Assembly: GCA_964016885.1 (NCBI GenBank)
Contig: OZ024755.1
Span: 36,270,001-36,334,000, forward strand
From: Eledone cirrhosa
Lineage: Eukaryota
Direction: 5' to 3'
Length of the DNA: 64,000 nucleotides
In this document: in pieces, positions 25,741-39,310 of the stretch
How positions within the stretch are numbered: position 1 is the stretch's first letter
How the letters are laid out: the number at the start of each line of letters is the position of its first letter
Translations under genes and position numbers: made by a program
Notes under the pieces: generated by a model
Told to the model about the DNA's origin: nothing
The model's input: only the letters and a program-made list of their open reading frames with translations
The model's database searches: none

Positions 25741-25772
<32 letters not shown>

Positions 25773-25896
25773 TTATATATATATAGTTATAGTTAAATAC
25801 AAATATATATATATATACATACATATGTACACAGACACACATATATATACATACACGTATATATATATATATATACACACACATATATATATATAT

Positions 25897-25933
<37 letters not shown>

Positions 25934-26037
25934 CACATATATATATACATACTTATATATACACATGGGTTTTACATACTTATATATATATATATATATA
26001 TGCATACACATGTATATGCATGTTTGTATGTGTGTGC

Positions 26038-26084
<47 letters not shown>

Positions 26085-27159
26085 TGTGTGGTATATATAT
26101 GTTTGTATGTGTGTGCATGTGTATATATATATATATATATATACATATACACACACACACATGTGTGGTATATATATATATGTTTGTATGTGTGTGCATG
26201 TGTGTATATATATATATATATATATACATACACACACACACATGTGTGGTATATATATGTTTGTATGTGTGTGCATGTGTATATATATATATATATATAT
26301 ACACACATGTATGCATATATAGGTACACACATTCAAAACAAAGGAAAAATAACAATGAAACAAGCAAAACAAAGAAAATCTCACTCGATCCCTAACCCTA
26401 ACCCCAGCCCTAACCCTCGCCCCAGCCTTTCACCCCAGCCCTAACCCCAGCCCTTCACCTTCTGCATTGGTCAATAGTAGCATGGCAAATGAAAGCTAAT
26501 TATTTGCACAGCAAACACCTAGATAGCCATTACTGTGTAAAGACAGCAGGTGACATATTGTCTAGTCTGTGTGAGTATGAATGTATATAAATGTGTGACT
26601 GTGTGAGTAAAGAGTCTGATTAAAAGTATTAGAAAGTCTATTATAGACAAGGTGTGGCCTAATGGTAAAGGTGGTGGATTCTTGATCAAAAGGTCATCAG
26701 TTCAATTCCGGAACTAGACAGCCTGTTATGTAAGTGTAGAAGTGTTTCTACTCAAGTCATGGTTATAGATATACTCTAAATATGAACATACACTCTTGAC
26801 AGGTGCAATGTGTCCGAACACAGAAGAACTAAACTCCCACTGTCATCGCCCCCATCTCTCTGTATAGTGAGCAAATGGGGCCCCCACGTCCTGGCCGCCC
26901 CACAGCCTTGCGGACAGAATGGAGAAAGTGTTCCCCAGAGGATGGTGGGGGAGATGCGTTGGAAGCACCATTTAAGTTCTTAAGTAAAATACTTTATATA
27001 TCATATTGCTCCTTCTGCCTGGAGTTGCAACTGGTAGATACTATCAGCAATGGAAAGACCAACAGAAACAGTTTCCTTAGTCTCATCTGACAACTATTTC
27101 CATTACTTTAGAAATAGGAAACTGTGAGTACATGCATTAAAAGGTGCAGGCTGATCAAA

Positions 27160-28525
27160 ACAGCTCCATAGTGGTTGTGAAGGTGTCACAAAGGGTGTGG
27201 GGGGGTGGGCTCTGCCCCTGTAGGGGGGTGGTGGAAGTGTCACAACAAAAAGCATCCAGCCACACTGTAAAGTGGCTTTGTAGGGTGTCACGAAAAAAGC
27301 ACCAGCCACACTGTAAAGTTTTGGTAAAGTAGTTTGTGCAGGTGTCACAACAAAAGCACCAGCACATACTGTAAAGTGGTTGTGCAGGTGTTGGTTTTGG
27401 GGTTTGGTGTTTTTTGTAAAGTGGTTTGGTGTAAAAGGGTAACAACAAAGCATCCAGCCACACTGTAAAGTGGCTTTGTAGGTGTCACGACAAAAAGCAC
27501 CCAGCCACACTGTAAAGTAGTTGTGCAGGTGTCACAACAAAAAGCACCCAGCACACACTGTAAAGTGGTTGTGCAGGTGTCACAACAAAAAGCACCCAGC
27601 CCACACTGTAAAGTGGTTGTGAAAGTGTCACAACAAAAAGCATCCAGCCACACTGTAAAGTGGCTTTGTAGGTGTCACGACAAAAAGCACCCAGCCACAC
27701 TGTAAAGTAGTTGTGCAGGTGTCACAACAAAAAGCACCCAGCACATACTGTAAAGTGGTTGTGCAGGTGTCACAACAAAAAGCACCCAGCCCACACTGTA
27801 AAGTGGTTGTGAAAGTGTCACAACAAAAAGCATCCAGCCACACTGTAAAGTGGCTTTGTAGGTGTCACGACAAAAAGCACCCAGCCACACTGTAAAGTAG
27901 TTGTGCAGGTGTCACAACAAAAAGCACCCAGCACACACTGTAAAGTGGTTGTGCAGGTGTCACAACAAAAAGCACCCAGCCCACACTGTAAAGTGGTTGT
28001 GAAAGTGTCACAACAAAAAGCATCCAGCCACACTGTAAAGTGGCTTTGTAGGTGTCACGACAAAAAGCACCCAGCCACACTGTAAAGTAGTTGTGCAGGT
28101 GTCACAACAAAAAGCACCCAGCACATACTGTAAAGTGGTTGTGCAGGTGTCACAACAAAAAGCACCCAGCCCACACTGTAAAGTGGCTGTGCAGGTGTCA
28201 CAACAAAAAGCAGCCAGCACACACTGTAAAGTGGTTGTGCAGGTGTCACAACAAAAAGCACCCAGCACACACAGTAAAGTGGTTGTGCAGGTGTCACAAC
28301 AAAAAGCACCCAGCCCACACTGTAAAGTGGTTGTGCAGGTGTCACAACAAAAAGCACCCAGCACCCACTGTAAATGTGGTTGGCATTAGGAAGAGTATCC
28401 AGGCATAGAAACCTAGGTAGAAAGAGTCCTTTATGATCAAGACATGGTCACCTAACCCAACTTGCCTGCAACAAGCTGTCTAACCCATGCTAGTGTGGAA
28501 AATGGCCGTTAAATGATAATGATGT
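27160..28525 (+). repeat. 47/48-bp minisatellite with 190-bp higher-order repeat, inside a SINE/RTE tail
   Basis: Unit related to 11087-11675; a 4-monomer block recurs every 190 bp (27485, 27675, 27865, 28055). Confidence 0.9.
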
Positions 28526-28960
28526 GAATGCGTTAGGTCTCTCTGTACGACATACAGTGTAGGAGCGTGGCTTAGTGGTTAGAGTGTTTGGTTCACATTG
28601 ATAAGAGATGTTGGTTCCCAGCACCATGTTGTGTGCTTGAGAAAGGCACTATATTTCACATTGCCCCAGTCCATTCAGATGGCAAAATGAAGGATAGCTT
28701 TAATTTAAGGGGCCAGCCGTGTCACACAGTGTCATAATGAATCACATACACACACATATATAGATACATATACACACACACATATATGCATACACACACA
28801 CACAGATGTGGTTAAGAAGTTTCCTATACAACTACATTTCTGGACTCAATCCTATTTAGTATTATATACATGTGTGCGTGTGTGTCCTGCCCGTATGTAA
28901 TTAACAGTCAAAGAAAAGAGTACTCAATAGCAAAGTAGTGTTTAAATATTAATTTTATTA

Positions 28961-29143
28961 GTGGAAGGAAGACGCAGTAGAGGAAGACCACAACAAACAT
29001 GGGCGGAGGTGGTGAGAGCGGACCTCAGATCGATGAAGCTCACGGAGGAAATGGCGAAGGACCGTGACAAGTGGGGAGATGATGTGCTGAATGGGACCTA
29101 CCCCACCCTTGCAAGCAGGAAAAAGCGGACGTATGATGATGAT
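28961..29143 (+). mobile_element. RTE LINE (second subfamily) extreme 3' end
   Basis: EGRRSRGRPQQTWAEVVRADL..DRDKW plus tail CCCACCCTTGCAAGCAGG..(GAT)n. Confidence 0.8.
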
Positions 29144-29234
29144 TGATAAGGCTAAATAGTGAGTCTTGTCACTCTGGTCTCTGGAGAAACAGAGGGAAAC
29201 TCCAGAATAACAAGACTCACTATTTAGCTTTAAT

Positions 29235-29296
<62 letters not shown>

Positions 29297-29298
<2 letters not shown>

Positions 29299-29600
29299 GT
29301 AGGAGGTGAGTTTTATTGTAGTACAATAAAGCAATGCAGATATCGGATAAGAAGCACTCTACAGTTTGTAGGACTGGAGTATACATAATATATAAGATCA
29401 AAAGATGGTTAAAGGAGTTCCATGTATTTTATTATGCGCATTTCAAAAACAAATATCATCATGCAATAACATTTGTGTTTTCATCAGATAAAATAGGAAG
29501 ACATGATATGAAGGTTAAAAAACACTTGTGGATAGTGCAGTTTTAAAATCAACATATCTGCATTGCTTTATTGTACTACAATAAAACTCACCTCCTACAT
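29297..29600 (-). mobile_element. Fold-back element family B: 47-bp perfect terminal inverted repeats in (TA)n, with internal hammerhead
   Basis: ATGTAGGAGGTGAGTTTTATTGTAGTACAATAAAGCAATGCAGATAT at 29297-29343 and its reverse complement at 29554-29600. Confidence 0.85.
29425..29495 (-). ncRNA. Minimal type-I hammerhead ribozyme motif (family B)
   Basis: UAUUUUAU-CUGAUGA-[AAACACAAAUGUUAU..AUGAUAUUUGUUUUU]-GAA-AUGCGCAU-A-AUAAAAUA: perfect 8-bp stem I, long stem II, palindromic stem III, AUA cleavage triplet. Confidence 0.8.
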
Positions 29601-29989
29601 TATATATATATATTTGCACACAACTCTCTATGGCAAATCATGAGACTGTGAAAATGGCAATAACCCCCAAATACGAACTGGCGCGAAAGTTAATGTAATT
29701 ATTCACGTGACAGCCATCAACCAACCAGAATACATTTATAAAAAAAAAAACAATTTGAGCCACTTTTTTAAGTGAAAATGGCAATGTAGAACCCTCAAAC
29801 ACGAACTGGCGCGAAAGTTGATTTACTTATTCTCGTAACAGTCATCAACCAACCAAATTCCACTTATATATGAAAAAACAATAATTTGAGCCAATTTTTT
29901 TAAAGGCAAATAAATATAATAAGAACTTTGTAACGCAAACTGGCAACTTTTTTCGACATAAATCAAAGTAACATTCAAACACCAACCAG

Positions 29990-30108
29990 ATGCGAGAAAA
30001 ACCACAAACCCTCCATCTCAATTCTACTTTTGAAAAGCATAAGAACTGTGAAACTGGTAAAGGAAACAAATAATATTCCAGTTGCATTTTCGATTTCTTT
30101 TCCTTATA
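29990..30108 (+). mobile_element. Family C element fragment with slightly decayed hammerhead (30027-30062)
   Basis: CUU-UUGAAAA-GCA-UAAGAAC-UGU-GAAA-CUGGU-A-AAG; homologous to reverse 50870-51005; ends in CCTTA(TA)n. Confidence 0.7.
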
Positions 30109-30948
30109 TATATATATTGTTATACTTGGGGGAGGGGGTCATATTGTTGTAATAATATTGCCAGAAGTAATAACAGAACACACTCACTGTTTGGTTGGTT
30201 TTCGCTTCTGTATCTTTTATATCCCCATAGTTAATTTATTTGGCAATCAATGTTTATCATTGACTGACCAACGGTTAAAAATACAGATATAAATATATAT
30301 ATATAGTCTAACAAAGTTCTTTCGTTGCACATCTGCAACATCATCAGTGGTACTATTATCATGTTCCCTCTTATTGTATTGTATTGTAATGTTTACGCCA
30401 TTTTTATTTTTTTATTTATTTATATTTCCCTTAAGTCAGTATTGTTTGTTTGGGTATGGTTGTTGTTGTTATTCCATTTGTTTCTTCTGTTTAACTTTGG
30501 TTTTCTAAGCTCTATTTCACTTGCTTCTCTGATTTGCCATTATATATATATATATATATAATGGTAGAGAAAAGCAGAATATATGGTAAGGGAAAGAAGG
30601 GTGATTAAAAAAAAACAACATATTTTATTCAAGAAAAAAGATTTTATAAGCCTTTAACATTTAAACCAGCCATATCCAGCCAGAATTCTCTCACCTCTTT
30701 CTGTTCAAACCAACTGTAACCGGCCGCTCATACTGATGTTAAGATATTGTTCTCAAAATAAATAATATCAAAATCTTATTTATGTTCTGAGTTTAAATCC
30801 CATTTATAATAATTGTTTCTACTTTTGGCAATTACCTCAGTGCATTACTGGTACTTTATTTTATCAACCCTGTAAGGATGAAAGGCAAAGTTAACCACAG
30901 TGGGATCTGAACTCAAACCCTAAAGGGCCGTAACTCTATGCTGCAAAG

Positions 30949-31278
30949 CATGGCGTCTGACCCTCTACCAATACTGCCAATCATGGCGTCCGACCCTCTA
31001 CCAATACTGCCAATCATGGCGTCCGACCCTCTACCAATACTGCCAATCATGGCGTCCAACCGTCTACCAATACTGCCAATCATGGCGTCCGACCCTCTAC
31101 CAATACTGCCAATCATGGCGTCCGACCCTCTACCAATACTGCCAATCATGGCGTCCAACCGTCTACCAATACTGCCAATCATGGCGTCCGACCCTCTACC
31201 AATACTGCCAATCATGGTGTCCGACCCTCTACCAATACTGCCAATCATGGCGTCCGACCCTCTACCAATACTGCCAAT
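30949..31278. repeat. 33-bp tandem repeat (10 units) of a SINE 5' tRNA-like head
   Basis: Unit CATGGCGTCCGACCCTCTACCAATACTGCCAAT, at the 5' end of a minus-strand SINE (30810-31280). Confidence 0.9.
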
Positions 31279-31511
31279 CCAACACCCTATTAACACTGTG
31301 TTAATAATGGCAGGATAGTCATGGCTGGAAAGTCTTTGATTGGCTATCTGCTCAATGAGGCTGACATCGGAGTAAACAACAACAACAACAACTACCAACT
31401 GTAACAGTTTTAACTAAATACAACTGTATTACTGTTGCCTAGTTACCACTATCACTGAGGGGGACTTGTTAAAAATGGAAGTCATTGTTAATGTTTCAGA
31501 TAATAAACATG

Positions 31512-31512
<1 letters not shown>

Positions 31513-31580
<68 letters not shown>

Positions 31581-32353
31581 TGTGTGTATGGGAGTGTGTG
31601 TGAGAGTGGGTGTGTGTGTGAGTGTGTGTGAGTGTGTGTGAGTGTGTATGAGAGTGTGTGTGAGAGTGTGTGAGAGTGTGTGAGAGAGTGTGTGTGAGTG
31701 TGTGAGAGAGTGTGTGTGAGGGTGAGTGTGAGTGTGACAGTGCGAGAGTGTGTGAGTGAGTGCGTGTGTGAGAGTGTGAGCGTGTGTGTGTGAGAGTGCG
31801 TGTGTGAGAGTGTGTGTGTGTGAGAGTGTGTGTGTGTGTGAGAGTGTGAGAGTGTGTGAGTGTGAGTGTGTGTGAGTGTATTAGAGTGTGTGAGTGTGTT
31901 AGTGAGTGTATGTGTGTGTGTGTGAGAGTGTGTGTACGAGTAAGAAAGTGTGTGTATGCATGTGTGTGAGAGAGAAGAGAAAGCATGTGTGTGTATATAT
32001 GTGTGAGTGTGAGAGTGTGTGTGAGAGTGTATGAGAGTGAGTGAGTGCATGTGAGAGTGTGTGAGTGTGAGAGAGTGTGTGTGAGAGTGTGTGTGAGTGT
32101 GTGTGAGTGTGTGTGAGAGTGTGTGAGAGTGTGTGAGAGTGTGTGTGTGTGTGAGTGTGTGTGAGAGTGTGTGTGAGTGTGAGAGAGTGTGTGTGAGAGT
32201 GTGTGTGAGTGTGTGTGAGAGTGTGTGAGAGTGTGTGTGTGTGTGTGTGAGTGTGTGTGAGTGTGTGTGAGTGTGTGAGTGTATGTGAGAGTGTATGAGA
32301 GTCTGTGAGAGTGTGTGTGAGTGTATTAGAGTGTGTGTGTGTGAGTGTGTGTG
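31513..32353. repeat. (GT)n/(GA)-interrupted microsatellite
   Basis: Seen directly. Confidence 0.95.
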
Positions 32354-32431
32354 AGGTATCTGCAAGCCTAAAGTGAAATTGCGAGTAGATTTCTAAAATG
32401 TGTAAACAACCTCTGACAGCAGCAGCAGTGG

Positions 32432-33690
32432 TACTACTACCACCACAACTACCAATACCACTACCACCAACACCACCATTACCACCACCACTATCAGTAC
32501 CACCACCACCACTACCACCACTATCAGTACCACCACAAACAAGCAATACTACAACTACCAGTACCACCACCATCACCTCCACCACCACCACCACTAACAC
32601 CACTATCAGTACCACCACCACAACCAATACTACAACTACCAGTACTCTAAAGACATCATTAATAACTACACCACCACCACCATCACCACAACCAATACTA
32701 CAACTACCAGTACCACCACCACCACGACCACTACCACCACTATCAGTACCACCACCACCACAACCAATACTACAACTACCAGTACCACCACCACCACCAC
32801 TACCACCACCACCACAACCAATACTACAACTACCAGTACTCTAAAGACATCATTAATAACTACACCACCACCACCACTACTACAACCACCACCACCACCA
32901 CCACCACTATCAGTACCACCACCACCACAACCAATACTACAACTACCAGTACTCTAAAGACATCATTAATAACTACACCACCACCACCACTACTACAACC
33001 ACCACCACCACCACCACCACTATCAGTACCACCACCACCACAACCAATACTACAACTACCAGTACTCTAAAGACATCATTAATAACTACACCACCACCAC
33101 CACTACTACCACCACCACCACCACCACCACCACTATCAGTACCACCACCACCACAACCAATACTACAACTACCAGTACTCTAAAGACATCATTAATAACT
33201 ACACCACCACCACCACTACTACAACCACCACCACCACCACCACCACTATCAGTACCACCACCACCACAACCAATACTACAACTACCAGTACCACCACCAC
33301 CACCACTACCACCACCACCACAACCAATACTACAACTACCAGTACTCTAAAGACATCATTAATAACTACACCACCACCACCACTACTACAACCACCACCA
33401 CCACCACCACCACTATCAGTACCACCACCACCACAACCAATACTACAACTACCAGTACTCTAAAGACATCATTAATAACTACACCACCACCACCACTACT
33501 ACAACCACCACCACCACCACCACTATCAGTACCACCACCACCACAACCAATACTACAACTACCAGTACTCTAAAGACATCATTAATAACTACACCACCAC
33601 CACTAACACCACTATCAGTACCACCACCACCACCACCACCAATACTACAACTACCAGTACTCTAAAGACATCATTAATAACTACACCACC
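32432..33690. repeat. (ACC)n-rich minisatellite, about 113-bp unit
   Basis: Recurring AGTACTCTAAAGACATCATTAATAACTACACC anchor with variable ACC runs. Confidence 0.9.
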
Positions 33691-34119
33691 ATTTCAACAA
33701 TGGTTGTTATTTTGAAATCATTATAAAGCCAGCCAGTGGCAACAGAAATTAGTGCTGCCGCAAAGAAAGCAATATAGCTAGAGATATTGACATGACTGTC
33801 ATAAGTCTCTACTAAAGTACAGAACAACTTAATAAGACTCACATAACAGACAGCTCTTTGCAATTAGCTGGACAACGTTTCTTAAGCATTATTAATTCAG
33901 TTGAAATGTCCAGAAACAGTTGCAGAGAACTAATTAAGGAAAGGTATGGAAGACGGAGGGGGCGGAGGGATGGGAGGGGGGAGAGGGGGAGAGGAGGGGA
34001 GAAGGGGGGGCGGGGTTGCAATCTTTTGGTTTGGTTGACTGTCATCAAATATAAGTGTTGGAATTGTTGAGAGTAACAGTGACAAGTAAACTGAAGATAA
34101 CAGTCCCTGGACATAGGAC

Positions 34120-34940
34120 AGTGGTGGTGGTGGTGGTGGTGGTGGTGGCGGTGGTGGTGGTGATGATGGTGGCGGTGGTGGTGATGGTGGTGGTGGTGGT
34201 GGTGGTGGTGGTGGTGATGGTGATGATGGTGGCGGTGGTGATGGTGGTGGTGGTGGTGATGGTAGTGATGGTGGTGGTAATGGTAGTTGTAGTGATGGTG
34301 GGGGTAGTGGTGGTGGTGGTGATGGTAGTGATGGTGGTGGTAATGGTAGTTGTAGTGATGGTGGGGGTAGTGGTGGTGGTGGTGACAGTGATGATAGGGG
34401 TGGTGATGGTAGTGGTGGTGACAGTGATGGTAGTGGTGGTGGTAGTGGTGGTAGTGGTAGTTGTAGTGATGGTGGTGGTAGTAGTGGTGGTGGTAGTGAT
34501 GGTGGTGGTAATGGTAGTGATGGTGGTGGAAGTGGTAGTTCTAGTGATGGCGGTGGTAGTTCTAGTGATGGTAGTGGTAGTGGTGGTGGTGGTAGTTATG
34601 GTGGTGGTAGTGGTAGTGGTGGTGGTAGTGACAGTGATGGTGGTGGTAGTGGTGGTGGTGGTAGTGATGGTGGTAGTGACAGTGACGGTGGTGGTAGTAG
34701 TGAGTGACAGTGGTGGTGGCGGTGGTGGTGATGGTGGTAGTGACAGTGACGGTGGTGGTAGTGGTGAGTGACAGTGGTGGTGGTGGTGGTAGTGAGTGAC
34801 AGTGGTGGTAGTAGTGATGGTGGTAGTGATGGTGGTAGTAGTAGTGGTGGTAGTGGTAGTGGTGGTGGTAGTGACAGTGGTGGTGGCGATGGTAGTGACA
34901 ATGATGGTGGCAGTGGTAGTGGGAGTGATGGTGGTAATGG
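34120..34940. repeat. (GGT)n degenerate microsatellite
   Basis: Seen directly. Confidence 0.93.
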
Positions 34941-36011
34941 TACTGTGAAGATACAATAATATATATAGTGTAATGTAAATACTAAAGGGTTAATCTAGCA
35001 AAATACCATTCTTCTACCCTAACATAGGGACATCTACAGACATTTGACAATTCTCAATTTCCATTGCAAAATGATTTTTTTCTTTCTTTCTTTTTCTTGT
35101 TTCTCAATAGATAACATAATTCACATTTGACAATTTATTATTTTCCCCCCAAACATATTTTGTTTATAAAGTTTATTGTCATTCTTCACACCAAAATAAA
35201 GCCAGTCTCTCAACATTATCATCATCACCGTTTTATGCCCATTCTTCCATGCTAGCATGGGTTAGACGGGTTGTCCTGTTGTGGGCAATGCCAGGTCAGG
35301 TCAGGTGACCATGTCTTGCTCATTTTAGCATATGCAGCTAAAGTGATAAGTGGATTAAACAGTCAGGTGTGAAGGCACGTGGCTTAATGGGTAGAGTGTC
35401 AGTTTAACAATCATGAGGTTGTGAGTTCAGTTCCGAGATCAGTCAGTGCATTGTGTTCTTGAGCAAGGCACTTTATTTAACATTGATCCAGTCCACTCAG
35501 GTGTAGAAATGAGTTGCTATGTCACTGGTGCCAAGCTGTGTCAACCTTTGCTTTGGACAAGTGACATGGAGAAGGGAGACTGACATGGCTGACTGCTGGT
35601 CTTCAAAACATCTTGCCCAGGCTAGTGTCTCAAGTTGTTTAAAAATATAAAGTTTACTATTATTGATCTTTAATAGAGGTATATATGAAGGCATATAAGA
35701 TACCTTTATATAAAAAACATACAAGAGTCTTGCTATAAATATTTTAATCTGTGATCATGTCACAACTATCTCAGTAGCTAGATGGGAATGTCTGGATTTC
35801 TATCCTTCATTGGTGACATTTACTCCCTCGGTACTGGGATAGGAATAAGTTTAAAGCTTATATAATTTCTTGTAGATGAAACATTGTCTGGAGATGTCCA
35901 TTTGCATATAGTGCAAATTTGGCCAGCTACGAATAATTAGCAGTAGATGCTACTAATTATTGATATCTAAATGAACAGTGTCATAATAAATTATGTTATG
36001 TTATTGTTTAA

Positions 36012-36229
36012 CCTTTTATCATTTACATTACTCTACATTTACTATTATATTTTCATGGTAAAGGCTTTATCTTACATAATTATCTCACATAATATTGAAG
36101 CTATGAGATTTTGATATTTATTTTGAGAACAATGCCTCAACATAAGTATGAGTGGCCAGCTAAAGCCAGTTTGAACAGAAAGAGGTGAGAGAATTCTGGC
36201 CAGATATGGCTGGTTTAAATGCTAACAGG
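36012..36229 (+). mobile_element. piggyBac-type MITE copy
   Basis: TTAA-flanked, same family; further copies at 36757-37020, 37893-38113 and 53383-53570. Confidence 0.75.
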
Positions 36230-38257
36230 TTAAATGTTTGTAGTACCTTTACTAGTGGACAGATCCTTGTGAAAATTTATAATATTAGGGTAAGGACTTT
36301 GATTTTTAATGTGATGCAATCTTAGTTGTATTTTATAGTTTTTCAAAAATGTCTTATCTCATGCAGTTTCATTAGAAACAGGGCATTAAGAGACAATATT
36401 ATTAGTAGTAGAGAGCCGAGGTCAACTTTGCCTTTCATCCTTACGGGGTCGATAAAATAAAGTACCAGTAATGTACTGGGTAATTGCTGGCCTTGTGCCA
36501 AAAGTAGAAACAATTATTATTAGTAGAGAGCAGTGGATTGGCAGAATCGGCTTTGCAGCATAGGGTTACGTCCCTTTATGTTCTGAGTTCAAATCCCGCC
36601 AAGGTTAACTTTGCCTTTCATCCTAACGGGGTCGATAAAATAAAGTACCAGTAATGTACTGAGATAATTGCTTGCCTTGTACCAAAAGTAGAAACAATTA
36701 TTAGTAGCTTTTGGCACATAATTTCAGTTTGTATACAAGAGGTAGTTTGAGTATTACCCTTTAGCATTTACATTACTCTACATTTACTATTGTATTTTCA
36801 CAGTAAACATTTTATTTCATTTAATTATCTCACAGAATATCGAATCTACGAGATGTTGATATTATTTTTAGAAAAATGCTTTAATATAAATATGAGTAAT
36901 CGGTTATGGCCGGTTTGAACAGAAAGAGTTAAGAGAATTCTGGCCGGTTATGACCGGTTTGAACAGAAAGAGGTGAGAGAATTCTGGCCAGATATGGCTG
37001 GTTTAAATGCTAATGGATTAATGCAGATGCCTTCAGAATTGACACATGCCATTCAGTCAACACCTATCGGTTCTGATGTCTAAAATGAAGATGTTCTCTC
37101 TCAGGATGGTAAAATACTGAGAAGAAAATGTTTCGACATTACTGTAGACAACAAATATATGAACATATTTGATGTCAGAAGTAGTGACAATCAAATTGAA
37201 GATGACGAAAAAATTTACATATATCAATGGAATGCTCGACACCATGCTGTGGACATCTTCGAGTTTTCTGGATCTGCGTCAAGAACCACACAAAAATTGA
37301 CAGTGAGACACAGAGATAGAATTTTTAAATATACTTTTTCCCAATAAATATGTATAAAATTATTGCTGATGAGTGCAATGAATGTATCAGAATATATAGA
37401 ATATCACTTTGAACAGAAGATGTCATACAAATGATAAGATAAAAGCCTTTTATGTAGATTGGTTTCAAGCATACCACATATATGGCAAGTTTGTTTGTTT
37501 GTTTGTATGAATTCAAATTTTGTATCATTTATATTTCACTATTTATTTTCATTATATTTTTCTAAAATGTTCAAGTATAAAAAAAAAGATATATCATTTA
37601 TTCAACATTTCTTGAAAAGAAATGAAATCAGCAGATTGTATCTCATAGGAGGTTTCTCAGGGCTTTTAATGATAGAGGCCCCAGTCCTATCATGATAAAC
37701 GTAAAATGAAGTGTCTTGCTCAAGAATGCAATGTGCCACCTAGTCCAGGAATCGATCCCATGACCTTATGATCACGAGTTCAACACCCTAACCACTAGGC
37801 CACATGCTAAATGGTACCAAAATTAGAACACTGGGGCATGTTTATGTATGAGTGATGAATATTTGTAAATATAAAACAAAAAAAAAACTTAACCCTTTAA
37901 CATTTACATTACTCTATATTTACTATTGCATTTTCATGGAAGAGACTTTAGCTTACATAATTATCTCGCATAATATTGAATCTATGAGATTTTGATGTTA
38001 TTTATTTTGAGAACAATACCTTAACATCAGTTTGAGTGGCTGGTTACTGCCAGTTTGAACAGATAAAGGTGAGAGAATTCTGGATGGATATGGCTGGTTT
38101 AAATACTAAAGAGTTGAAGTAGAAGGAGCAGATAAATTGGTCTGTATTTGGAAGTTATGGTGTTGCAAGGGTGAATAAATTACAGAACGTTAACTGTTAA
38201 ACAATTCAGTGATAAGGAAAATTTCATGAGCCATCAAATACAAATATACATTAAGAG

Positions 38258-38512
38258 CAACTATATATAAAATATCTGCGATTCTGTCACAACACGTAAA
38301 GAGAGAGGAGTAGTTTCACTACCTCATACTTCTCCTCTCTCTTTACATCTGCTGCCTGCGTGAATGTATGTGTGTATAAAAGGAAGGAAGGGGATAGTGT
38401 TAAAACTAAGCTGTGTGAGTGTATGTGTATGTGTGTGTTTGTGAATGTGTGTTTGTGTGAATGTATGTCTGTGAGTGTGTATTTTTCTAAGTGCGTCTAT
38501 GTTTGCGTGTTA
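38258..38512 (+). mobile_element. Helitron-like 5' fragment with internal hairpin and GT-rich tract
   Basis: Starts CTATATATAAAA; hairpin AGAGAGAGGAGTAG..CTTCTCCTCTCTCT; inverted homologue at about 53900-54269. Confidence 0.45.
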
Positions 38513-38519
38513 ATATTTA

Positions 38520-39310
38520 AGGCTGTACATGGCTATGGTGCGGCCACACTTAGAATTTGCATCACCAGTCTGGAACCCCTATCTTGCTCAGAACATTGAC
38601 CGCCTGGAAACTGTTCAGAGACGTGCAAGGAAGCGAATATGCTCCATCAGGCATCTACCATACTCTGAACGCCTTGCTTCCCTGGGCATGGATACATTGA
38701 AGCTCCGACGCCTGGCAACTGACTTGGTAAACACCCACAAAATTGTTAACCATCTTGCCAACGACAACCCTGAGTACCTTTTTGATTTCCATGTGTCTAA
38801 CACACGTGGACATGCCCACAAAGTCAGAAAACAGCACAGTTCCCATGACTTTCGGAAACATATTTTCATGCTCAGAGTTGCTGAAGCATGGAACAAACTA
38901 CCTGCATCGGTTGTTAGCTGTCGGGTCACTGCATCCTTTAAAACCTCCATGGAACAAACTACCTGCATCAGTTGTTAGCTGTCGGGACACTGCATCCTTT
39001 AAAACCTCCATGGAACAAACTACCTGCATCAGTTGTTAGCTGTCGAGACACTGCATCCTTTAAAACCTCCATGGAACAAACTACCTGCATCAGTTGTTAG
39101 CTGTCGAGACATTGCATCCTTTAAAACCTCCATGCTTGCCGAGATTCGCCAACACTACACCTAATGTTCCCCCTCCATACACATACACACATGTATACCA
39201 TGACTCATACACTATTCACTTCCCTGACATTTGTATATTATTCTATGTACTATACATGCACCTTTGACAAGTTGTAGTTCACCTGAACACTTTACACAAT
39301 AATGTCATTA
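38520..39310 (+). mobile_element. CR1-clade LINE 3' fragment with 61-bp tandem quadruplication
   Basis: VRPHLEFASPVWNPY..LE.VQRRA..L..RR..DL..TRGH..RV..WN.LP; repeats start at 38887, 38948, 39009 and 39070; (ATT)n tail. Confidence 0.88.

Noticed and set aside
26390-26450. (CCCTAA)n telomere-like repeats (also 3385-3400)
   Set aside because: Only 2-4 degenerate units; not evidence of a telomere or fusion site.
37050-37345. Acidic short ORF reminiscent of a piggyBac transposase N-terminus
   Set aside because: No catalytic motifs, interrupted by stops; cannot be supported without a search.
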